From positions 1,128 through 65,127 of IMG/VR virus record IMGVR_UViG_2639763196_000002: a stretch of 64,000 nucleotides of DNA; one strand, 5' to 3'. Origin of the DNA: a virus. Lineage: Duplodnaviria; Caudoviricetes. Both the position numbers and the translations under genes were made by a program. The notes below the pieces were generated by a model. That model searched no databases. It saw only the letters and a program-made list of their open reading frames with translations, and was not told the DNA's origin. This document shows positions 1-9,455 of the stretch, one piece after another (the first letter of the stretch is position 1; each line of letters begins with the position of its first letter).

Positions 1-607
1 GGCGATTATCATGGGTGATCGACAACCGTACATCCGGCAATGCCTTGCCCGACAGCGTCTTGATCTGGCCTTTGCGCCCCAGTACATACAGCTCATCGAC
101 AGGCTTGGCCACCGCATCGAAGCGCTTGGCCAGGCGCGTCAGAAAAGCCATGTCGCTTTCATTGGTCTGATCGATGTGCGCGATCGGCTCACCGTCGAGT
201 TCAGGCGCCACACGCGGTGAAAAACCGTATCGGGTGGTCAGTTGGCGAAACAGCGCACCCAGGGTTATCGGACCATGGCTGGCGGTGCGGCGCTGTTTGA
301 ATTCGTGCTCGTCGAACGGTGCCGCCGTGGCCACCAGCACCAGTCGCAATGGGAACATCGAGGGCGTGCGCTGGGTGATATTGAACACGCCCTTATCCAC
401 CAGGCCCGATTCCAAGTACCCAATACGCAGGCCAATTTTGCCGCCCAGATCGGGCAGCCCTTCAAGCCCCTCGATATCGAGGGTCAGCTTCAGTTGATCA
501 GATACAAACCCCGCTGCGTCGGTATGTTCCCACTCCAAGAGCCGCTCGTTGAATAACGCGGCATTGGCTCCGTATAGCTCCACTACAGGTGTAAATCCGA
601 GTGCCAT
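1..607 (-). CDS. Tailocin late-control D (GpD-like) baseplate hub protein, 3' end outside window
   Basis: Translated by hand from ATG 607 (SD AAGGAG): MALGFTPVVELYGANAALFNERLLEWEHTDAAGFVSDQLKLTLDIEG...; follows GpX; absent from ORF track because it has no stop in the window. Confidence 0.85.
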   Translation of the reverse strand, partial: MALGFTPVVELYGANAALFNERLLEWEHTDAAGFVSDQLKLTLDIEGLEGLPDLGGKIGLRIGYLESGLVDKGVFNITQRTPSMFPLRLVLVATAAPFDEHEFKQRRTASHGPITLGALFRQLTTRYGFSPRVAPELDGEPIAHIDQTNESDMAFLTRLAKRFDAVAKPVDELYVLGRKGQIKTLSGKALPDVRLSITHDNR

Positions 608-616
608 GATGGCTCC

Positions 617-829
617 TTAATCCCAGGCGGAAACCGGCCGGCTCGCAACTGGTTGCGCGTCCAATTCGGGCACCAGCACGCTGACGCCCGCCGGCAGTAC
701 CGCGCCCTGTTCGGCCAACTCCGGGTTCAAGCGCCACAACGCTTCTTCTGCGGCGTCGTCACTGCGCCCCAGTTCGCGGTAGAGCAACAGGTTCACCGAG
801 TCGCCGGCAATACTTCGAACCCTACGCAT
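617..829 (-). CDS. Tail protein X (GpX, LysM-like)
   Basis: 70 aa, GDSVNLLLYRELG...NPELAEQGAVLPAG pattern; position after GpU. Confidence 0.85.
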   Translation of the reverse strand: MRRVRSIAGDSVNLLLYRELGRSDDAAEEALWRLNPELAEQGAVLPAGVSVLVPELDAQPVASRPVSAWD

Positions 830-1208
830 TGACGAACTCCTCCAGTAACAATGTCCAATTGATCACCATGGCCGTCCCGTCGTCGATCACGCTGGCTTGT
901 TTTTCACTGATCGACTGGATGGTCCATAGCCCCCAGTTACGCCCTAACCCGTCCACCAAAGGCAACGGCGCACGCAGGGCCTGCAGGGTGCGCAACTCAT
1001 CCAGGCGCGCCATGCCATTGGCACGGGCAGCCTTGCCGCCCAATGCCAGCGTTTCGAGCCCCTGGCCGACCTGGCTGGATTTAGGTTTGCCGGCAATGAT
1101 GTCGAGACTGACCCAGCCCCCGCTGCTACCACGATCAAGCGTGTCGTAGGCGAACCCACGGGACAGCCCGAAAATAAAAGTACCCAAGACCATCTGTTGT
1201 CGCATCAC
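822..1208 (-). CDS. Tail protein GpU
   Basis: 128 aa, LPLVDGLGRNWGLWTI motif typical of P2 GpU; follows tape measure. Confidence 0.85.
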   Translation of the reverse strand: MMRQQMVLGTFIFGLSRGFAYDTLDRGSSGGWVSLDIIAGKPKSSQVGQGLETLALGGKAARANGMARLDELRTLQALRAPLPLVDGLGRNWGLWTIQSISEKQASVIDDGTAMVINWTLLLEEFVNA

Positions 1209-3427
1209 ACAGCTCCATCGGTGAGTGCTGCGCCGCGTCGGGTCGCCAGCAGGTTGTCCATCGACAGCGGGGTAAATTGCGCTTCGATCTGTTGCACCAC
1301 GAGCGCCGCCAGTTGTTGATGGCTGGCTTGCTCAGGCGCGGTGATGGTGATTTGCGGGGCGAAGTTGATTTGGCGGTTGTCGGCTTGAGGGGCGTTGAGG
1401 TTTTTGCTGACCTCTGTGGGGGATGGCAGGCGATCGCCCGCCCCCATCACTTTTTCAGCCAGCCACGCACCGACGTCACTGCCCACGAAAGTGCCCACGG
1501 CACCACCGACTACCTTACCGATTGCGCCCCCGGCGACGCCGCCCATCACACCGCCCAACACTGTGCCGGCACCCGGAACGACCGAACCGATAACAGCTCC
1601 CGCCAGCGTGCCGACCGCTCGGCCTATCGCCATCCCAGCCACATCACCGACGACACCGCCGGCAACACCGCCGCCGATAGAGCCCACGCTAGTGCCAACC
1701 GCTTGACCCAGGTTTCCGGTCATCGCGCCTTGCGTCATCTCGACACCGGCCTGGGCCACCACCAAACCCAGGGGGACCCCTTTGGCCAGCTTGCTCACCT
1801 TCGCCGCTTTGCCAGAGATGCCAGGGCCGGAAGCAGGCGGGCGATTACCGCTGTGCTCGTCATTGCTCGGGGCTTTGCGCTGGCTGTCCGGCGGTGTGGT
1901 TTTATTCCCTGCTGCCGGCCCCTCTCCGAGCACTTTCCCTGCGACCTTTTCGAAAATCTTGTCCTTCACGGCACCGAAAACACCAGAAACCACCGGGATC
2001 AGCACCGCCCCCGCCAGGGCGACGGCAGCGGCAGCCTTGGGCAGGCCTTCCGCGAGCCAAGCCACGCCACTGACCAGGCCGTTCATTGCGGTCAGCGAGG
2101 CATCTACAACGGGGGCAAGCGCTGTATCAGAGGCGGTGCTCAAGCGTGTGGTACTGGCCTCGTAGGCTTGCCGACGCGCGTAAGTAGAGTCCGCACGAAC
2201 CGCGGCCGAACGCAGCACCGAACCTTGGTCGCCCAGCGTCGAAGTGGCGTAGGTGGATTTTTCTGCGACCAGCGAAAAGGCCTGTTTCACGCTGTCGATC
2301 ACCGGTACCAGGCTCAGAATCGTCTGGTTGCCGTCGAACAACTGCGTCGCCAGCACCGCCTGCCTTTCGGCAGGTTGCGACTTGAGCGCCTCCAGCACCG
2401 TAAGCACGGCCTGTGGGGCGTCCTGTTTCATGCCCGCCGCGAGTACTTTTGGATCAAGCTTGAGCTCTGCCCAGGCACTGCGTTGCCCTGCAGAGGCGTT
2501 GTCGCCTTTAGCCAGGACGGTGCTGATTTTTTCCAGCCCGGCACCAGCAACAGCCTTGCTGTTACCTGCGCTCAACAACGCCGCCGAAAGCGCTGCAGCC
2601 TGTTCGGGACTCATGCCCGCAGCCTTCGCGGCAGCGCCCTGGAGTTGCACAACAGCGCCGATATCCGCCGATTCGGCCTTGAGCGATACCTGGGTGCCCA
2701 GCACGTTTGTTGCGTCGGCAAGGTCCAAGGCTTGTGCGCGATCAAGGTGCATTGACTCGCGCCAGCCGCCCATGATTTCGCCGGCATTTTTGACGTCGAT
2801 CTTGAACGCCGTCGCCATGATCGCAGCGTCGCGAGCGAACTGCTGCAGGTCTGCCCGGCGCCCAACGGGGTCGATATTGCCCGAAGCGTCCTTACGATCA
2901 CTGCCGATACCGGAACGGGCGGCGGCATACTCGACCTTCGCGAGGTCGACGGCATTGGCACCACTGGCAGCTACCACCGGCTCGGACGCCATGGCAAGGT
3001 TGGCTTCACGCAATGCCTTGCGCTCATGCCGGGCAAACATCAACAGTTGATCAATATCAGTCATCGCGGCGTCCAGCGCCTGCGAGGGTGTACGCTTGTC
3101 TGTAGCCGCGACGGTCTTCGTGCCCTCTGCGTTCCCGGCAGTTTGAGCTTGCCGGGCGTCCATCACCTTGAGCAACGAGACGTTGAACAGCTCCAGCGTA
3201 TCGACCAACCGTACCTGCCCGTCCGCCAGATGCTTGATCTGCAAGCTGGCATCGGCCAATGCCAGGGCCAAACTCGCCGCACTCCCCGGGGCCACCTCAA
3301 GCGGGCTCGGCAGCGCTTGAGTGATAGGTTTGAGACTGGCCTGCATTCCTGCCATCTGAAGGGCGCCCTGAGTCATCACGCCGTCCTTGGCAATGGCTGA
3401 CCCTGCTCCATGATTACTATCTGCCAT
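1205..3427 (-). CDS. Tailocin tape measure protein
   Basis: 740 aa Ala/Gly-rich with glycine-zipper C-terminus; position after chaperones. Confidence 0.9.
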   Translation of the reverse strand: MADSNHGAGSAIAKDGVMTQGALQMAGMQASLKPITQALPSPLEVAPGSAASLALALADASLQIKHLADGQVRLVDTLELFNVSLLKVMDARQAQTAGNAEGTKTVAATDKRTPSQALDAAMTDIDQLLMFARHERKALREANLAMASEPVVAASGANAVDLAKVEYAAARSGIGSDRKDASGNIDPVGRRADLQQFARDAAIMATAFKIDVKNAGEIMGGWRESMHLDRAQALDLADATNVLGTQVSLKAESADIGAVVQLQGAAAKAAGMSPEQAAALSAALLSAGNSKAVAGAGLEKISTVLAKGDNASAGQRSAWAELKLDPKVLAAGMKQDAPQAVLTVLEALKSQPAERQAVLATQLFDGNQTILSLVPVIDSVKQAFSLVAEKSTYATSTLGDQGSVLRSAAVRADSTYARRQAYEASTTRLSTASDTALAPVVDASLTAMNGLVSGVAWLAEGLPKAAAAVALAGAVLIPVVSGVFGAVKDKIFEKVAGKVLGEGPAAGNKTTPPDSQRKAPSNDEHSGNRPPASGPGISGKAAKVSKLAKGVPLGLVVAQAGVEMTQGAMTGNLGQAVGTSVGSIGGGVAGGVVGDVAGMAIGRAVGTLAGAVIGSVVPGAGTVLGGVMGGVAGGAIGKVVGGAVGTFVGSDVGAWLAEKVMGAGDRLPSPTEVSKNLNAPQADNRQINFAPQITITAPEQASHQQLAALVVQQIEAQFTPLSMDNLLATRRGAALTDGAV

Positions 3428-3433
3428 TGCGCT

Positions 3434-3604
3434 CTACTCCTGTTTGACGCCAAGACGACTGATTGCGATGTCGTAGCGGCGCAATGCTTTGCCGGCTTCC
3501 CAATCGAGGATTTCCGCTTCGTTCACCGAGTAAACCAGCGGCACTACATCGAGAATCACTTCGATGTCGCGCTCCGAAAGAAGTCCGCCGGTTTGTTTAA
3601 AAAA
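3434..3604 (-). CDS. -1 frameshift extension of tail assembly chaperone (GpE'-like)
   Basis: -1 frame after slippery T TTT TTA AAC reads FFKQTGGLLSERDIEVILDVVPLVYSVNEAEILDWEAGKALRRYDIAISRLGVKQE*. Confidence 0.75.
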   Translation of the reverse strand, partial: FFKQTGGLLSERDIEVILDVVPLVYSVNEAEILDWEAGKALRRYDIAISRLGVKQE

Positions 3605-4128
3605 TCGTCGATGCGCTCCTGCAGCTCGGTCCAGTCGGGCACGGTCAGGCCGGCAAGATCGGGAATCATCAGGCCCGTGCAATGGGCGGTGATGAACTCG
3701 GCGCGCTCTTTGTTAGTGGCGAGTTTTTTCATCACCTTGGTAGCGCGCAGGGCGGGCATTTCCAGGGGCAGTTCCGACAGGTTTCGGCCGGCGGCTTCCA
3801 GGGGTAATAGCAGGTGGACAGGCTGGTCGTGGGTCGTCACGTCCTGTTCTTTCAGGAAGAACGAGGCCGGGCGTGTCGACATTTCGTGTACGTACTGCGC
3901 AATGCTCACGTAGTCCGGGCGCTTGAGTTGGTCGAGCTCTTTTTCCGACAGGCCGGTGGCGAGTTTCGCCAGTTCGAAGAACTGGTCGTCCTCGTCATCA
4001 CCGGCCCGGGCCAGCGCGTCTTTTTGCGCGGCATAGAACAACGGTTTGAGTTGAACCTGCTCGATCATTGCACCGGTGTCGGCGGTGATCGGGGACAGCA
4101 GGATGTGCAACGGTGGCATCCAGGCCAT
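3556..4128 (-). CDS. Tail assembly chaperone (GpE/gp41-like)
   Basis: Likely start MAWMPPLH at 4128 (AAGGA upstream); between tube and tape measure. Confidence 0.85.
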   Translation of the reverse strand: MAWMPPLHILLSPITADTGAMIEQVQLKPLFYAAQKDALARAGDDEDDQFFELAKLATGLSEKELDQLKRPDYVSIAQYVHEMSTRPASFFLKEQDVTTHDQPVHLLLPLEAAGRNLSELPLEMPALRATKVMKKLATNKERAEFITAHCTGLMIPDLAGLTVPDWTELQERIDDFLNKPADFFRSATSK

Positions 4129-4190
4129 GGGGAATTCCTTGTTGAGCGGTGTTGAAAAGTGCAAAAAATCTAAACCTGAGCACGGCCCCT

Positions 4191-4275
4191 GCGGGAGCTG
4201 GCTTGCCTGCGATGGCATCCACTCGATGCTCCAGAGATACCGAGTCGCCTGCATCGCAGGCAAGCCAGCTCCCAC
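4191..4275. repeat. REP doublet (REPIN)
   Basis: Inverted pair GCGGGAGCTGGCTTGCCTGCGATG ... CATCGCAGGCAAGCCAGCTCCCAC, the typical Pseudomonas REP. Confidence 0.85.
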
Positions 4276-4308
4276 CTTGACCGTGCTCGCTTCAGATTGC
4301 GCCGGCCC

Positions 4309-4815
4309 TTAAGGCATCAGCACGGCGCGGCGGGCATCGCCAAGGATGTCGACGCCGTTGAGCACGAACTTCTGGGTGCGCACATCGATATCGATCACCG
4401 AAATGCCATTTTCCAGACGGTTGTAGGTACGGCAGGACAGCTCCAGCGTGGTGGTGGCCTTGTCGCCCATTTTCAGCTTCGCCTCCTCCAGGGATTTGAG
4501 CTTGCCGCCCACGGTGTGGTAGGTGAAATAGGTCTTGCCGTCTTGATCCTGGCCGGCTTCACGCACGTTCAGCAAAATGTCGTCGCCCATGCGCACGCCC
4601 AGGGCCAGCATGATTTGCGGGCCGGCACCTTGCAGCACCAGCTTGGCATTGAGCACCTTGCCGCTCTTGGCCATTTCCTCGGCGATAAAGCGCCCGCCGG
4701 ACATGGCCTCCATGTCGAACTCGATCTTCGGCGGGGTGAATTCTTCCACGGTTGCGGACAACGGCAGGCCTTGAAGGGTGGCCGCAATGGCCTGTCTGAC
4801 TCGGTTGGTAAACAT
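4309..4815 (-). CDS. Tailocin major tail tube protein
   Basis: 168 aa, FII-like, directly after sheath. Confidence 0.9.
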   Translation of the reverse strand: MFTNRVRQAIAATLQGLPLSATVEEFTPPKIEFDMEAMSGGRFIAEEMAKSGKVLNAKLVLQGAGPQIMLALGVRMGDDILLNVREAGQDQDGKTYFTYHTVGGKLKSLEEAKLKMGDKATTTLELSCRTYNRLENGISVIDIDVRTQKFVLNGVDILGDARRAVLMP

Positions 4816-5981
4816 TAGAGAACGTCCTCCAGGAACTGCTCGATGATTTCATCGCGGGCGTTGAGTTGATAAACCATGTGTTCGTTCGGCGCGTAGCGGC
4901 CGTAGTCGATGACGATGAACCAGGTACCGTTCTTGTACTTCTCGACGCTGTTCAGTTCCGGGTGCAGGTACACGCTGCCGCCGGGGATGGTTTCGTCGGC
5001 CACCAGGGTTTGCAGCCAGTCGTTGATACGCTTGACCTCCTGGTCCATGAAGGACTTGGTGAGGTTCTTGGCCATGGCTTTCTGGCCGGCCTTGACCAGC
5101 TTGCGGCTGATGGCATCTTCCAGGCCGACGTAGCTGATGAACTTGCCGGTGATGGAGCGGTTGCCCAACAGCGAGAAGCCGCCGAGGATGGTGCGGGCGT
5201 AGTAGCTCACGCCGTAGCGGTTGAGCAGGTCGCCTTCGGTGGAGGTGTCGAGGATGTTGTACTCGACCACGCGGGAAACGTCCTCGGCGAAGGTCACCTG
5301 GTTACCTGGACTCTCCCACTGCTTGACCTTGGCCAATGCGGCGATGGCCAGCGAGGATGGCGACAGGAACACGTTCTTCTTCGCGGCTTTGGAGTACACC
5401 GACGGCATGTTGTGCACCAGCAGGCAACGGTCGAAGCCGAGGTCGGCCCCGCCCAGTTCGCCGCTGTAGGTCACTTGGTCGGCAACGGACGCGTCCTTGC
5501 CATCCAGTACCACACGGGCCTTGATGCGCTTGCCGAAGGAGGCGAACTCACCAGCCACGGCCTTGGTGCCGGTAAAGCCTGGAGCGCCGATGATGGTCAG
5601 GTCTTCAGGCACGCTGCTCAGGGCCGCCAGGCCCAGCTTGCGACCGGTGACCGGGTCGTTGCCGCCGATCACATTATTGATCGTATCGGCCGGGGTGGCG
5701 CCCTCTTCGACGATCACGACATAGACCGGCACCTTGACCACTTTGAGGATCTGGTACACCGCCTGGAACAAGGTGCCCGACTCAGTGCCGGTAGGGTCCA
5801 GCAGCGCCTGGGCGGTGAAGCTGTTGATGCGAAACGGCGCGTTTTTGGGGATCGACGCATGGGCATTCGGCGCAGTGCCGACCAGGCCGATGACGTTATC
5901 GCCAAGGCCACCCATGGCCTCGGGGGATTCAGTGGCATTCACAGTGATGCCGTTGTGCTCGAAGTTCAGGACTTCTGCCAT
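4815..5981 (-). CDS. Tailocin tail sheath protein
   Basis: 388 aa, FEHNGITV...IGLVGTAP N-terminus and ESPGNQ, GNRS motifs of FI sheaths. Confidence 0.92.
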   Translation of the reverse strand: MAEVLNFEHNGITVNATESPEAMGGLGDNVIGLVGTAPNAHASIPKNAPFRINSFTAQALLDPTGTESGTLFQAVYQILKVVKVPVYVVIVEEGATPADTINNVIGGNDPVTGRKLGLAALSSVPEDLTIIGAPGFTGTKAVAGEFASFGKRIKARVVLDGKDASVADQVTYSGELGGADLGFDRCLLVHNMPSVYSKAAKKNVFLSPSSLAIAALAKVKQWESPGNQVTFAEDVSRVVEYNILDTSTEGDLLNRYGVSYYARTILGGFSLLGNRSITGKFISYVGLEDAISRKLVKAGQKAMAKNLTKSFMDQEVKRINDWLQTLVADETIPGGSVYLHPELNSVEKYKNGTWFIVIDYGRYAPNEHMVYQLNARDEIIEQFLEDVL

Positions 5982-5983
5982 GG

Positions 5984-6157
5984 TTATTCAGCCTTCTTGG
6001 GGGTGGAGTTGAGGACGCTGGTCAGTTCCAGACGGCCGGCGGTGCGCAGGGCGGATGCTTCGACGTCGAGCAGTTCCAGCTCCTCACCGGCGGTAGACCA
6101 ATGGCCGTTGCCGATGGGGAATGGGATGAGGACGGTGTAGGTTTGGCGGGTGGGCAT
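5984..6157 (-). CDS. Small hypothetical tailocin protein (57 aa)
   Basis: Hand translation MPTRQTYTVLIPFPIGNGHWSTAGEELELLDVEASALRTAGRLELTSVLNSTPKKAE*; GGAG upstream; stop 2 nt before sheath ATG. Confidence 0.7.
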   Translation of the reverse strand: MPTRQTYTVLIPFPIGNGHWSTAGEELELLDVEASALRTAGRLELTSVLNSTPKKAE

Positions 6158-6184
6158 GGGTGGAAATCTCCGGGTGGGAAATGC

Positions 6185-6209
6185 AAAAGCCCCTGCGGGG
6201 AGGGGCTTT
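6185..6209 (-). terminator. Intrinsic terminator after fibre module
   Basis: AAAAGCCCCT-gcgggg-AGGGGCTTT hairpin with A/T tracts. Confidence 0.7.
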
Positions 6210-6245
6210 GGGGAGGCGAAAAAAAACCGCTTTCGCGGTAATCAG

Positions 6246-6482
6246 TTATTTCAGGAAATCGGGTTTGGATGGCCAGAGCACTGCGTCTGGATCTTCTCCC
6301 TGATCTGGAATATCACGCAGTTTTTTACGATACTCAGCGAATATGAGCTTATGGGTTTCGAGCATCGGATAGTCTGGCATTGCAGCATAATCACTCGCCG
6401 ACAAGTCTTGATCCCTTGCCTTACGGATCATTTCCCACTTGATAATCGGATGAAGTTCAGCAGGTACAAATAGCGGTTTCAT
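6246..6482 (-). CDS. Tail fibre assembly chaperone
   Basis: 78 aa, RKARDQDLSASDYAAMPDYP...YRKKLRDIP...WPSKP pattern. Confidence 0.8.
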   Translation of the reverse strand: MKPLFVPAELHPIIKWEMIRKARDQDLSASDYAAMPDYPMLETHKLIFAEYRKKLRDIPDQGEDPDAVLWPSKPDFLK

Positions 6483-6491
6483 ATTTTCTCC

Positions 6492-7244
6492 TTAGCCTAG
6501 AGCCAACATCGTTCCCCAATCACCTGGGTTGGTTACAACGCCTGTGCAAGCCCCTGCCAGCATCACCTCAACAACGCCAGTGGAAGAGGTGCGCATTGGG
6601 TGCAGATGGTAATAACTCCCAAAAAGTTCAGTAGGAGAAATAACACTGGAACACCAGCGCCATTTACCTTTTTCAACGCCATTACTCCATGCTCCAGACA
6701 CGTTACCTTCCAAAAGACGCACGAAGGCGCCTACCGTCAGGTAGGAGTTCTGCGGTACTGCACCAGAGCCATTCGCGAGCGCCATATCGACCGTGTATGG
6801 GAACGCAAGCCAAGGACTAACGTCTGACACCGACCACTTCATTTGCCACAGATATACAAACGTGCGCCAATAGTCGCTCGCCCTGATTTCAAAGCTTGGA
6901 TATTGTTCCCGCACATCTGCCTGCACCTGGAGCATGAAATCCACATCAGCTTGCGGGCGTCCGGCCGCTTGAGAAACAGGGGTAATAGTTCGCAGCTTAG
7001 TGGGCGTCACTTCAGCATGAATCCCCCAATTTTCAATCAGTGTTCCGTCGGCGTTGGGGGAAAGATTGAAGTTCTTGGTGACCGCTAACCTTGGGAGTCT
7101 ATTTTTCAACTCCGCCAATTGTGCGTCATACGCCAAGCGGGCATTAGCTATCGCCTTGTCAATTTCTCCGACTTTTCCAGTAATAACGTTAGTTAAGTTG
7201 TTTGCCGCACTAACGACGGCAGCAAGTTGCTGTTCAGTACTCAA
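6492..7244 (-). CDS. Putative tail fibre/receptor-binding subunit
   Basis: Likely TTG start at 7244 with AGGAG; coiled-coil N-terminus, Trp-rich C-terminus; lower GC; between fibre anchor and chaperone. Confidence 0.65.
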   Translation of the reverse strand: MSTEQQLAAVVSAANNLTNVITGKVGEIDKAIANARLAYDAQLAELKNRLPRLAVTKNFNLSPNADGTLIENWGIHAEVTPTKLRTITPVSQAAGRPQADVDFMLQVQADVREQYPSFEIRASDYWRTFVYLWQMKWSVSDVSPWLAFPYTVDMALANGSGAVPQNSYLTVGAFVRLLEGNVSGAWSNGVEKGKWRWCSSVISPTELFGSYYHLHPMRTSSTGVVEVMLAGACTGVVTNPGDWGTMLALG

Positions 7245-7297
7245 ATGGATGCTCCTAAACGCCTGATGAGCGTCATATGAAATCAATTAAAAACGCC

Positions 7298-7828
7298 CTA
7301 TTTCTTTTCGACTTCCATCACCCGAAATAGAACCCCTACACCGCGTGCCATATTGTCTATGCTCGCGGCCGATAAGGCCGCAATTTCATCAGTCAATAAC
7401 ACATTCAAATTGTCATTCCCCACCACAATCGTCACGCTATCCGCCGGCAAAGGCGAAACATCCAGCGTAAACTTCTGCAGCACCCGCGCCGCCGCCGCTT
7501 TATACGTCAGCAACTTCCCCGCCACGGAATACACCGCCAGCAAGGTGCCACTGGCGAGGTAAAACCCGAACTCGCCAATCTCATACTCACCGTCGCCATC
7601 AAACAGCGCGGCCATCCTGAGTTGGCGCTCGCCCAGGTCTTCGTAATCGACGATGGCCACCCGTTGACGCTCGTCACGCAAGGCCACTTCCGTGCCGTCG
7701 GGGTTGTAGCGGCCGGTGCCGGCGCCGATGTGGGTGATTTCGCCTTTGAGGCCTTGGTTCTTTGCCTGCAGCACTTCATCCAAACCTTTGGAGGTGAAGC
7801 GCACCAGGCGCGTGATTTCATCTGTCAT
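7298..7828 (-). CDS. Tail fibre N-terminal (baseplate-anchoring, DUF3751-like) protein
   Basis: 176 aa, FTSKGLDE...ITHIGAGTG...IGEFGFYLASGTLLAV motif of P2 gpH N-terminus. Confidence 0.8.
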   Translation of the reverse strand: MTDEITRLVRFTSKGLDEVLQAKNQGLKGEITHIGAGTGRYNPDGTEVALRDERQRVAIVDYEDLGERQLRMAALFDGDGEYEIGEFGFYLASGTLLAVYSVAGKLLTYKAAAARVLQKFTLDVSPLPADSVTIVVGNDNLNVLLTDEIAALSAASIDNMARGVGVLFRVMEVEKK

Positions 7829-8463
7829 GGCTGCGCCCTGAGGTCGTAATCGTTAATGGTGTAGTGCTGGGCAACCCCGGCACTGTTTAGGCGAGCCACC
7901 AGCGCCAGGTCCGGCAATGCGCCGTTCAGGTAGAACTCGCCGTCGCTTAAAGGCGCGTCGAGCACTTGCGTGAGCGCGAGCTGGCCTTCGGTTTCATGCA
8001 CGATGGTAATCGTCGCCTGATCGCGCTCACTTTTCGCCGCGTTGATGCGACGGATCAGCCGGTTGTGGTCGCCGCTGGACCAACTGCGCCCGATGATCGC
8101 CTGCACGTCGAAGGTGTAAGGCACGCCCAGCGGACGTTGCTGGTACCAGGCGCTGATATTCGGCGTGAAGCCCAATGACTCCACCGCATGGCTCAGTGCC
8201 TTGGGTGTGCCGGCCTGGCGTTGGATCTGCCAGGACAAGGCCACGGTCAGGCGTTTTTCCGCTTCGCTGGCCTCGGCATCCCATTCGCTGACGCCACGGT
8301 CGGCGGCCAGGTAAGGCAGGAACTCGCTAGGGGTATACAGCGGGTTCATCAGCGCCGGAAACGGCGGGGCGACACGCTCAAGCAATGTGCCGAAGCCCAA
8401 GTCCAACGCCTTTTCCAGCGGTGAGCTGTTGGCGGGCAGCAAACTCGCTTTGGGTTCACTCAT
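7825..8463 (-). CDS. Baseplate protein GpI
   Basis: SLLPANSSPLE...FLPYLAADRGVSEW motif; start MSEPK at 8463. Confidence 0.88.
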   Translation of the reverse strand: MSEPKASLLPANSSPLEKALDLGFGTLLERVAPPFPALMNPLYTPSEFLPYLAADRGVSEWDAEASEAEKRLTVALSWQIQRQAGTPKALSHAVESLGFTPNISAWYQQRPLGVPYTFDVQAIIGRSWSSGDHNRLIRRINAAKSERDQATITIVHETEGQLALTQVLDAPLSDGEFYLNGALPDLALVARLNSAGVAQHYTINDYDLRAQP

Positions 8464-9455
8464 AGTGTGCGCACCTCCACCTCGACGCCCGTGCAATACG
8501 GGGCCTGGAACGCCGTGCTGACAATCGGCGCCAGCGGTTCGAGGATGTGCAGTTGCGCGGCCCCGGCACTGTGGATGGCGTAGTCGATCCAGCTGGGGTC
8601 CACCCGACCTTCCAGACGGTGGCAGGACTCGGCGTAGTCTTGCAGCAGTTTCTGCGCGGCCACTTGGGTCAGCCCCGAGTCCGGGCCGGCGTTGATCTTG
8701 GCCACCACACGAATTTTATAGGGTTGAATCTGCGCGCCTTGGACGCTGACAAGATCGGTTTCTGGCCGTACATCCGGCCGTGCGAAATGTCGACGTACAC
8801 CGTCAAGCAAGTCGACAGATGGCGTGCCGTCGCCCTCCCTGGAAAGCACGGTGACCATGACTTCCCCCGGTGCGGTGCGGCGAGCGTTGCCGTCCTTGAC
8901 CTGGGCCGCGTAGCCGTCGGGGTCGAAGGTGTAGGTGACCGTGACCACACCGGGCGTCGCGCTTTGTACTTTCACTGCTGGGCGCTCGCCCAAGGTGAAC
9001 ACTTCGCGGCGATACTGCATGCGCGAGCCCGCCGCTGGGGCGTGGGGTGCCAAGTAGTAGCGCAGGCGGGCGTCGTCGTCGCTTTCCAAGGTGGGCGGCA
9101 CCGGCGGGAAAGCCGCCGGGTCGCCTGGGTCGAGCACTTGGCGTTCCAGGCCCATATCGGCCAGGCGCGCATCCAGGTTGCTGCCGGTGGCCCACCACGC
9201 CAGCATCTGCTTGATGCGCGCGTTGTATTTGCGCTCATGGGTTTGCAGGCGCACGCAAAACGCTTCCAGGGCCAGGGTCAGCAGTTCGCTTTCGTTGTCG
9301 AGGCTGACCTGGAGTTTGGCTGCGCTTTGCGGCGCGCGAGTGGCGACGTAGTCGATGACGAACGCTTTGAATTCGGCCAGCAACGGTTCGAACTCATCGA
9401 CCTTAATGATGGCCGGTTCCGCCAGTTGGTTCTGGCCGGGGATCAGCATGCTCAT
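8460..9455 (-). CDS. Baseplate wedge protein GpJ
   Basis: 331 aa, ESDDDARLRY, APGEVMVTVLS, VRPETD motifs. Confidence 0.9.
   Translation of the reverse strand: MSMLIPGQNQLAEPAIIKVDEFEPLLAEFKAFVIDYVATRAPQSAAKLQVSLDNESELLTLALEAFCVRLQTHERKYNARIKQMLAWWATGSNLDARLADMGLERQVLDPGDPAAFPPVPPTLESDDDARLRYYLAPHAPAAGSRMQYRREVFTLGERPAVKVQSATPGVVTVTYTFDPDGYAAQVKDGNARRTAPGEVMVTVLSREGDGTPSVDLLDGVRRHFARPDVRPETDLVSVQGAQIQPYKIRVVAKINAGPDSGLTQVAAQKLLQDYAESCHRLEGRVDPSWIDYAIHSAGAAQLHILEPLAPIVSTAFQAPYCTGVEVEVRTL

Noticed and set aside
1277-2755. 492-aa plus-strand ORF
   Set aside because: Antisense shadow of the tape measure gene in high-GC DNA
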